From: Mytilus edulis
Lineage: Eukaryota
Direction: 5' to 3'
Length of the DNA: 64,000 bases
Assembly (NCBI RefSeq): GCF_963676685.1
Contig: NC_092345.1
Coordinates: forward strand, 25,916,001 to 25,980,000
The position numbers were made by a program, and so were the translations under genes. The notes below the pieces were generated by a model. The model was not told the DNA's origin. It worked only from the letters and a program-made list of their open reading frames with translations, and did not search any database. Positions 27,430 through 37,400 of this stretch are shown here, piece by piece; position 1 is the first letter of the stretch; every line of letters starts with the position of its first letter.

Positions 27430-27990
27430 TAAAAAATGACACAGTTCAACTATCTCCTAAAATAGCAAATATTAATAAAAAAAAAACCTGACAACAAACA
27501 CACTTTTAGTGCCAGCAGCCAGCATAATGAGAGCATTCGAATTGTATGAAGAATTATCCGGAAACGCTATGCAAGTAAATACTAAAATATAGATGACAAA
27601 GTTCAACTATCTCCTAGAAGAGCAAATATTATTAAAAAAAAAATCCCAGCCCACATGCACACCTTCATTATATGTTCAAACAGCAGACAAAGTGAAAACC
27701 TCCTAGCATTCAAACTGTAGGAGGAGCTATCCGGAAACGCTATGCACCACTTATGCAAGTATGTCCTACAAAATAAGAAAGTTTATCTATCTCCCAAAAA
27801 AGCAAAATTCAATACAAATCAAAACCATGACTGCATGCACACCTTCAATATATGTACAAACAGCCAGCAAAGTGAAAACATCATATCATTCAAACTGTAG
27901 AAGGAGTTATCGTGAATAACTATATAACCACAATGAGAAGAACTGACACACGGACGGACGGACGGACAGAGGTAAAACAATACCCCCCAA
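27430..27990 (-). mobile_element. Truncated HINE-like element with three ~160-180-bp tandem units and a (GGAC)n microsatellite
   Basis: AAGTTCAACTATCTCC-like motif at about 27441, 27598 and 27778; GGACGGACGGACGGAC at ~27951. Confidence 0.7.
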
Positions 27991-28850
27991 CTTTTCTACT
28001 TGCATCAAATTAACAAAAATGTGCTATTGATATCATTTCTTGATATAACTACCACATGTGGTTTCAGGATTAAAGCCACTGATCACTTGCGTCGTATATT
28101 GAAATTTAAAATGTTTTTGTTTGTTCCAACAGAAAGACTGGTTTACTATTGTGAATGTGATGTCTTCAATTAAAATTATGTTGATTTTTCTAATCTTCTG
28201 TCAAACTGTTTTTTTACACGAATTCTAATTTTGTCCAAAAACATCATTTTGATCTTACAATGATCAATGTCATTTCATTGTGTTGGACATATTTGAAACT
28301 TAACAATTGAAATATAAGACAGGCTTACAAATACTTAAATCAAACAACCTATAGCAATGTATGCCACATTCTCAACAGCCTCCATTGAAATAAAATAAAA
28401 AAAAAACGTTTTCTCCTTAGTGAAATGGTTTTGCAAATGGATTAAATATATAATATCCTTAGCGTGTAGTTTCTTTTAATATTTTGACTTTTGTCATCGT
28501 CCAAACAACCCATATGTAGTTTTAACGTTTAGTAGTAACGGTGGTCGTCCAATAACAACCAAATGTGATTCATTTTTATGCATTAGTTGAAAGTGTATAA
28601 CATTTTGTCGGAAAACATTTGCAAATCGAAACATGATTTACATAGTTCAACATAGAATACACTTTGATACATCTACTGAAGCGTATTATGTTGAAACACA
28701 AGTCATGTAGCAATAACCGGCATTATGCAAAATGTCTGACAAAATGAAAACAGCTAGTTAACAAAATTCATACTTTCAAAGACTTTTCCAGATTTACTTT
28801 CATTAAGGAAGCTCAAATAGTTATCAAAGGTACAATGATTATAATTTAAT

Positions 28851-28894
28851 ACGCCAGACGCGCGGTTCGTCTACATAAGACTCATCAGTGACAC
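28851..28894 (-). ncRNA. Minimal type I hammerhead ribozyme motif (copy 1; A15.1 changed to C)
   Basis: GUGUCA CUGAUGA GUC UUAUGUA GAC GAA C CGCGC GUC / UGGCGU. The GUC cleavage triplet is intact, but the core reads GAAC instead of GAAA. Confidence 0.85.
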
Positions 28895-29025
28895 TCAGAT
28901 CACAATAGTTATAAAGGCCAAACAAGTACAAAGTTGAAGAGCATTGAGGACCAAATATTCCACCAGCAGTGGCATCAAACCAGTGGTGTAAATAGTAATC
29001 AAAGGTACCAGGATTATAATTCAAT

Positions 29026-29069
29026 ACGCCAGTTGCGCGTTTCGTCTGTATAAGACTCATCAGTGGCAC
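29026..29069 (-). ncRNA. Minimal type I hammerhead ribozyme motif (copy 2; cleavage triplet GUC changed to AAC)
   Basis: GUGCCA CUGAUGA GUC UUAUACA GAC GAAA CGCGC AAC UGGCGU. The catalytic strand is intact and the substrate triplet is mutated. Confidence 0.85.
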
Positions 29070-31957
29070 TCAGATCAAAATAGTTATAAAAGCCAAACAA
29101 GTACAAAGTTGAAGAGCATTGAGGATCCAAAATTCCAAAAAGTTGAGCCAAATACGGCTAAGATTATCTTTTCATGGGATAGGAAAATCCGTAGTTTTTT
29201 AAAAAAATTCAAAGTTTTGTAACAGGACATTTATTAAAATGACCATATAATTGATATTCATGTCAACACCGAAGTGCTGACTTCTGGGCTGGTGATACCC
29301 TCGGGGACGAAACGTCCACCAGCAATGGCATCGCCCCAGTGGTGTAAATAGTTATCAAAGGTACAATGATTATAATTTAATACGCCAAATATTTGAAAAT
29401 CAAGGATGTATAAAAAACCAAAACAATTGTAGAGCTATATAATCCAAAGGACTTAAAATAGACAAATTCATCTGAGGTCAACTTAACATGTTTAATAAGT
29501 CTGGAAACATGGACAAATTGATTTTTGCACCATTTCCCCGAACAAATTTATAGTGTTCAAAATTATACAGAAGATATAGCATATTGCATACTTTCAAGTT
29601 AAGAGGGTGTTTTGGATTAATGTTTTTTTTTTAATAACTTTCATGTCGATAAACGAGAAGTCTTCATCCCCATTGTTTTCTTTCTAAAATCAATAAACTC
29701 TTGTACCCTTTTTTTATAAGTAAATTTGCGGGTGCAGACCTTATGCACCTGACGCAACATTGATAAGTAACAAGGTATGCTCGTTGATGATTATTGATTT
29801 TATTAATAAGGTAATCAATTATGGCTTGAAATTATTTTGTCGGATTTTTTAACTTCTTTGGTACAGAAAATGTTGCTTTAAGTACTTTCATTTTAGCTAA
29901 CGCTTTTATTGCAAAAGCATTGTTTCTTTTATATTTACTTTACATTAAACATTACTTTAGAAATATAAATAAAAAGTATGGATGATTTTATATAATAATC
30001 AGAACATTCAGAACGAGTGAGTGATATCATATCTGTTATTATGTATAATATGGAATGACAAAAAAAAAACCAATAAAAGAGTGATAATTTCTAAAGAAGA
30101 TGATGAAATCCTCAACAGGGTCATCTGGTAATACTTTATGATGAGGTCTATCGCTGGTCCATATTTGGTCTTTGTTACTTCAACAGAAACAAGAGACGGG
30201 AATGTTAAAAAAATGTTTGAAGAAAAGAAAGAAAAAGAAAACATTAGAAAAACAATAAGGTCTTTCCTCACGTAGAGGAAATACCTTAATAAGGAATAAA
30301 TGAAGTACTGTTTTCCGTTAATTGTGAAAACCACCCATGCATCAATTATGTGTTACATTAACGTTTAAAGACTTTAAAGGGTATACAATATATATTGAAA
30401 TTTGAAACTCCTATAGCAATTGAAGTGTTTAAACTTCCGTGTTAAATAAAGTTTTATATACAAAATAGCATTATTTGCATAGGAATAATGAATTGCAAGC
30501 TGTGTTTTTACATTGTCGCATTTCTATTCTTTGAAAACTGTGAGTATTTAAACATTAACCAATCTTATGAAGGGATGAAAAACATAATATTATTAATTAA
30601 TTTGATTTCAAAAACGTCTTTTAACACAATTTTTGGGTGGGGTACTAAAAGGAAGTTACACCATTGATGTACGATGAAACACGATGCCTATATTTCGGGA
30701 TAACATTATATAATGAACAAAAGGAGCACGCAGTGAAGCAGTAGAGTAATTCAGTACAAAAAAATAAGTTTTATAATTTCTTTTCAGTTTTGATAAAACT
30801 GAAAAAACTCTTTTAAACAATCTTGATCATTGCAAATAAATCGTTTAAAAAACTTCAATGAAATCGTATTGAAGAAAAATTTCTCGATTTAAACGAATGC
30901 TTTTAGAGCAAATATAATAAAACATGAAGTCACGCTTGATATTTACTAAAGTGGTATATTGCATCCACTTTTTACAGCAATATTGTTCATAAAGCTGACA
31001 AATTAAAATATTTCCCTACAAGTTTTCTCTTTGGCATCACCTCCTTATTGGAAAAGTAAATTATTCTGCTTGTATTCAATCGTTGCATCTGTGTTTTGTT
31101 TTTAGCATTAATTCAATAATTCATATTTTGAACAATACAAACATTTTTTTCGGAGTCTTTGAACCATACTACAGATAGTGTCTTTTTGACTCTTAATGAT
31201 ACTGCTAGCACTTATGGTGTAAGAAATCCACTGTGAAATTCAGCAACCGATATAAAAGTACAAAAAGGCGTACATACCAATCACCAGCTTAAGTACTTTG
31301 CGCTTAAATTTCTTAAATATTCACCGTTGATGTTCGAGTACTGTGCTTCTCCTCTGATTAACTTTAGATTTAGTATTTGTATTATTTTTTTTTGTGTATT
31401 ATAAATTGTGAAATAATCAACTCTTGTATATGTGGAAGTTGAAATATGTTTGAGAGCATGATATGAGTTGGCTCCCGGAGGACAAACATTGCCACTCATC
31501 TGGATAAAACACCCTTAAGAAAGAGTTCCAATTAAAGATGCGTCGTCATTTATGAAATGTAGTTAATATTCCAGCTAAATGAAATATGTTTTCTGTATTG
31601 TCTTCTTCCTTAGATAATCATGATAGGTAATATTTTTGATTTGTGTTACCATAATTAGCTGATCTTTTACTAATAAGATATACTAGTAAACTACAATGAC
31701 TTGTAATTGAAGATTATCCAGGAAGTTTAAATTCTTTTGAATTCATAATCATCATAAGTTTAAAACATTGACCTTTAATAACAGCAATAACAAAGAACAT
31801 GTTGCATGATAGAAATAACTTTTTTTGGTCTCGTGGTAATTTTAAATGTGTATACTTATATATATACATACCTTCTTTGTAAGATAAAAATTGTTGCAAT
31901 ATATTAACGATTTCTAAGGTTTGAATGAAGTTTACTCCAATTTTCAAATCCTGAAAG

Positions 31958-32520
31958 GAGTATGTTCGATAAGGTCCTAAAATGGCCCCCTTTTTTAGCT
32001 TAAATTTCAAATTCGGATTTATTTACCAATATCACGGTAAATTATAGCTAATACATTGACTAGATAGGATATAAGTCATTTTATTGAAAATTTCACGTTT
32101 CTGCGTTTCATTATGACGTCACAAGTTGTACTCATATTGATTTTTCACGAAAAGGGGTAAATTTCCATAGATTATTGGACAGGAAACATAGAGCGCATAC
32201 GTCGAGAACAAAGATCTTTTAAAATAATGTTTGTGAAGACATTTCACATGTCTTATTTGAATATTAAACTTGTCGACGCCTGCGCTCTATGTTTCCTGGT
32301 CCTTTATTTGGTTGAAATCCAGCGGATTTTGTCAAATTTCACAAAAATCTCTCATCTTGACCTTTTTGGGATGTAAAAATCAACGTGTTAGAATTAAACT
32401 TTGACAAAAACAGTTCTGTTTAACTTTCTCACATGTATTTAAGGCAACTTAAATCATTTATTGTCTTGTAACTATGAACTTTATAATTGGGGCCAAATAT
32501 GGCCCTTACAGAACTTACTC
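31958..32520. mobile_element. Old MITE (~560 bp) with imperfect ~32-bp TIRs and an internal inverted repeat
   Basis: Left end GAGTATGTTCGATAAGGTCCTAAAATGGCCCC; right end reverse-complemented GAGTAAGTTCTGTAAGGGCCATATTTGGCCCC. Internal GGAAACATAGAGCGCA and TGCGCTCTATGTTTCC at ~32182 and 32281. Confidence 0.7.
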
Positions 32521-33341
32521 ACACACCAAAATATCTAAATGTGACCTTTGAGTGGAATTTTCAATCAAGATGAGGCAACTTCGCAAGTACTATAAAAATG
32601 GTGAATTTAACTTCTAACTCATTTCCCTTTTATTTCTACATTAAATACATTGTACTGACATTTGGGTGAACAAATGCTGGATTTGCCTTTACCCCCTACA
32701 AGTTTAGGAACTAAAATAAGTATATCCGAGAAAAAATAATAAAAAAAATTCAGAACTCCAAGAAGAATTCAAAACGGAAAGTCACTTAACAAATGCAAAT
32801 TCTTGAATGGGAACAGGCATTTCCTTCTGTAGAAAATGGTCGATTAAACCTTGTTTTTAGCTAGCCAAGTCTCTCAATTGTATGACAGTTGCATAAAATT
32901 CAGTAACATTGACAACGATGTGTGAGCAAAACAAACAGACAAAATAGGTAAAAGTGTAAAAATAGGGGTACAGCAGTCAACGTTGTGTTATAATGTTATA
33001 CACTATACAATCAAACAAACATGCCAACAAAGAAAAACAATGTGGCATATAGACAAACCACATTAGCAAAAATGAGACAATAATACAACAAAATTACCAT
33101 GGTAGATTATTTCACGTGAAATGCTTAAAAGGGAACAAAGGAAATTTGGGATAGTATTGTCAGATGTATTGTTTAATATCAAGCTAGTTATTAAAGTTTA
33201 AAAGTTAACTTTGAACTTTATATGTGAAATAATTGATGTTTCATAATAAAAAGGATTTAATAGTAAGGTTGTTTTTAAGTGCTTAAGATTTATGTCAAAA
33301 TGTATCTTGTAAGGTCAAATAAAATATATCTGTGTATCCTA

Positions 33342-33784
33342 GAATGAAATTCAAAACAGTGTGGCTGTGGCCATTGATTGACACATTAAATTCATCCATT
33401 GACTGGGACAATTTAGGTGAACGTTTGTTTGTAACGACCACTGCTCACTATGTACTTTTTAAAGACACTTAAACTATGGGGTCACCAAAGGTTCTCAACA
33501 CCTTGATAAAGCAATTCGAAAAACTAATCAGAAATAACACGATGTTTTGATTTATATCAATTATATAAATCAAAACATAAAGGTTATTCCTGATTAATTT
33601 TTTGATTTATTTTATAATTAAAGGCGTTAAGAAACCTTTTGTGACCCCACAGTTTAAATGTCTATCGTAGGTACGTCGTGAACAGTAGTCGTTACAGACA
33701 AACGTTCACGTAAATTGTCTCAGTCCATGGATGAATTTAATGTGTCAACCAATGGCCACAGCCACACTGTTTTGAATTTCATTC
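33342..33784. mobile_element. Foldback MITE family A, full copy (443 bp), TA TSD
   Basis: Same length as, and highly similar to, 7278-7720. Confidence 0.92.
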
Positions 33785-34426
33785 TATTTTCCTACCTAGC
33801 CTATATTATATGCTTAGAAATAGACTACCTTAAAGAGTTTTTGATACTTTTTCAATAAACACTGTTAAAAGTCAGATTTTCTCACCCAAAGGCTCAATGT
33901 GATTGTTTTCTGTAAAATAATAAAATTCCATGCCTACCTACCCTATTTTTTTCCAAACATGTAATATGAAATACACATATTATTTTATTTGGCCTGATAA
34001 AAAAAGGAAAAAGTTATAGCAAATAAATATTCTAATCTTTTGTGAGTCCAGTTAACACTTCTGTGTTTACATGCCTTATGAATGATATTGTCATATTTAT
34101 ACGTTAATTAATTACAAAACTATGAATTATTCGACATACTGACGATTAACTACCCAGGGAATACATTATCGTAGTTGTATTTGGCAAAACCTTTTGGAAT
34201 GTTTGGTCCTCAATGCTCAATTTCATTTGCCTTTTTCTCTTTTCTTTAACCTTTTTTTTGTATCTTGAGTACACATTATAGGTCTGGTATCTTTGAAGAG
34301 TTTATATATACATATATTTCTTGACTTACTTGCACGAACAACATCCTGTGGATAGAACTTTAACCCAAGTGATGACATACGCGCGAAAATAAATATCATT
34401 ACGATTGTCTTTGCCTTATTTTAAAG

Positions 34427-37400
34427 ATTCATGCACATTGGTGTATAGATATAATTCTACACAATTAACCTGGGATTCCGCCAGAGATGATTGCTTACAA
34501 CGAGGCGGGGATTTAGTAAATGGTTCTTTTCAACAACAGCTGTATAACTGTTCATTTCGTCAAAACCAAAACTTTTGGGTTGGAACATATAATGAATTTA
34601 CACAGTGGATACAGATAATGGGTATGTAGATGTTTTGACGATACAATTTTGTGAGAAGGTATATATTTTTTTTTCAATTGATGAAAGATTATTATCAGAA
34701 ATATAATCATTTCAAATATAAGGATACAGTTTGTCCCACCATTGGGCAAATCTTTTACTAGAAAAAAAATGATTTTTTTTGTTAATTTTATCAAACATAG
34801 AGTTTTATTCGCATGACGATGTGGAGCATTTTTAGAAAAATGATATTTTTTCTCTGTTTTTCAGGTTGTTCCCAGATGGATACGTCTGGCATTGTTAACC
34901 AATTTACTAGTGATAGCCCACATACGTGTGTTGATAATTGTAATGAGTTCTTCGGAATGATGGTGAGCAATTTTGTAGTAATAAGTTTGTATTGCATTTT
35001 GTTTATAATAACATATAAAAGTAATTACATAATTCATTACACACCCAACACATTTTAAGTCTCTAATGGATGGATAACGAGAACAATTGATCTCAAGCTA
35101 TGTTTGGCCTCCAAGAATTCATATTTAAACTTTAACTTTAAATGGACATTAGCTGTCAACTCATGTCCAAGAGTTGAACTCAAATTCTCATATTTTATTT
35201 ATAACATATTTAAAATGTATACCAAAATTACAAAAAGTCTAAAATTAACAATAAATAATGCATAGACTTGATAATGTGCATAAGCATTTCGTGTATATAT
35301 ATGAGTATTGACGCCATCGTATTAACTATCGAGATGACTTACGAATACTGCCGACGGTCACATTATCCGTTATAAACATAAAACAAATATGAATAGAAAT
35401 GAACATGTGCAATTTGATTATTCTAGGTCTGTTTGATTTGATTTTATTGGTTACAACATATGTTAACATAGATTTAAACTGTATGAGAAGGATTTTTATG
35501 GTCGAATCATTTAACGAAATGGCCCTCCTTTGTTTCTTAATTTCTAAAGACTTTTAATTGCATTTTCATAGACGAAAACGCTTAGTGCATCCGTAACCAA
35601 TACCATTTAAATAGACGAAAACGCTTAGTACATCCGTAACCAATACCATTTTATTTAACGAAAACGCTTAGTACATCCGTAACCAATACCATTTAAATAG
35701 ACAAAAACGCTTAGTACATCAATAAACAATACCAAGGGATTAAATTGAAGAACACATAAATACGGATCCTATGACGTTAAATCGCTGACTAGCAAGTCAA
35801 TAATGCATCAGTGATAGTTTTGAAGCTGTTTTAAAGAATTTGGACCAAAATTCTCTGTTTTTAGTTCGTCATCAGATTTGTACATATACCTTGTAGTACT
35901 CTACCAATTTGTGTGTCTGAATCAGGAAAGGTTTAATAGACCAGTTGTTGTTTGTCATTCTACGTACGTCTATATTTTCGGAAGAGGTGCGGATGGACCT
36001 CTTTTTTGGGACGTTAGGGATGAACCTTAATTATAACGGGAAACTTGGACCCTTATTTTTGCGGGAATTCGTGCTTTACACCTATCGGGCATCGGGAATT
36101 AATGATTACATTTTCGTGATCCGGGAAAGAATGATTTATTTTCTGGACTGCCATTTCATCCGCTCTTATCACTTCTCTCGGAAGGGTTTACTGCAGTGTC
36201 GCACATTTTGGAAATTTCTGTTATCCTTCCTTTGTACCATTCATCATTCGACTGATGTAAATTTCATGCAAATGAGATTAATCGCTTTTGTATTTTATTA
36301 CAAGAGTGGTAGTGAAAATAGGGCAATCACTTTGTTTCCAATTCACAGTCATCCTTTTGTTACCCGTCTTATAATTTGATTGATTAGTAATATCTATTGG
36401 TCTCTTTCGCTAGAATGTAATGTTGATTTTATTGCGAATTTAGCAAATCAAAGACTTAACTTAAAATTGTTTACAAAAGTATATACTGCTTCTCAGTTTT
36501 CAAATAAAAATATACTAGATGATTTTGAACGTTGCTTTTTTATTCGGTACATTTGCCGTTGTCGCCACCTATAGATGGCTGCATTTTAAAAAGCAATACA
36601 CATTATATAATTTGTACTAGTAAATCTATGATTATATATTGTAAAACTAAGTTACCATACAAAAAAAACATACAATCTGGAGAGAAGTTTATAATTTATT
36701 TATGGACGAAATTGTGAAAATGACAGACCTTGAAATGAAATACAATAATTATATAATTTCAGTTCCTCGTACTTATCACATTACTGTTTTGCATCAGGTT
36801 TTCTCATAAAAAGACATGCCTCGTATTTCACATAAAAAAGATGTACCTTTCAAAAGTAGTTCAAAATTACATATCACAATCCTCATTTGAATTGCAAATG
36901 TGTTCAACCATATCATAATTGATGTTTAAAGTAGAATATAAAGTTTAGATTCTGTTCAACCAATTAAATAAAAACAAAAATATATACAAAATAAGTTACC
37001 TGTACTTCCCCTTGATACTTCCCACATCTCACTACAAAACCTACCGCAGTTGAACAAAAGATTCGTTAATTTATCTGACGTTTTGAAAAATTTCGAAACA
37101 GGTAGACTAGCATTTATAATAATAATGAAAACCATCAGAAAATACAAAAAGGAACAATAAGGATTTAATGATAATATAGATAAAATAAACGAAAATAACT
37201 CGCTATAAATTTGATAGGCATTTCTGGATTTACTTTCATCATAAACGATCAAAGCCGAATGTACGAAAGCCAAGGATGATGTATACGAACCGAAAAAGTT
37301 GAAGAGCTTTATGACAAAAAGGACATACAAATAGCAAAGTCTATCGAGGGTAACTTTGCATGAAAGAGTTAGAACGTTTGGTTCTTTTAAATTTAAAATT

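Larger units (their letters stand above)
28815..29387 (-). mobile_element. Non-LTR retrozyme array: one full ~356-bp unit, one internally deleted 175-bp unit and a partial unit, carrying type I hammerhead ribozymes
   Basis: The anchor AAATAGT(T/A)ATCAAAGGTAC...TACGCCA recurs at 28815, 28990 and 29346. The two longer units each carry a minus-strand CUGAUGA-GUC[7 nt]GAC-GAA motif. Confidence 0.88.

Noticed and set aside
29286-29323. Plus-strand hammerhead (GACGAAACGTC within a three-way junction), implying an ambisense viroid-like RNA
   Set aside because: It lacks the CUGANGA core, and the G-U pairs and UUCG loop indicate the structure belongs to the minus strand. An HDV-like fold was also tried, but no convincing P2 helix was found.
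30055-30280. Purine-rich coding-looking stretch (EDDEILNRVIW*...)
   Set aside because: It has in-frame stops, no recognisable family and no link to neighbouring exons.
35568-35734. 43-bp repeat as a CRISPR or ribozyme array (contains GACGAAA)
   Set aside because: There are no unique spacers and no CUGANGA core. It is a simple minisatellite.
35945-36379. 144-aa ORF, one of the longest in the track
   Set aside because: It has a non-ATG start, no recognisable motifs and no phase-compatible splice sites. It lies in an intron with repeat-like CGGGAA motifs.
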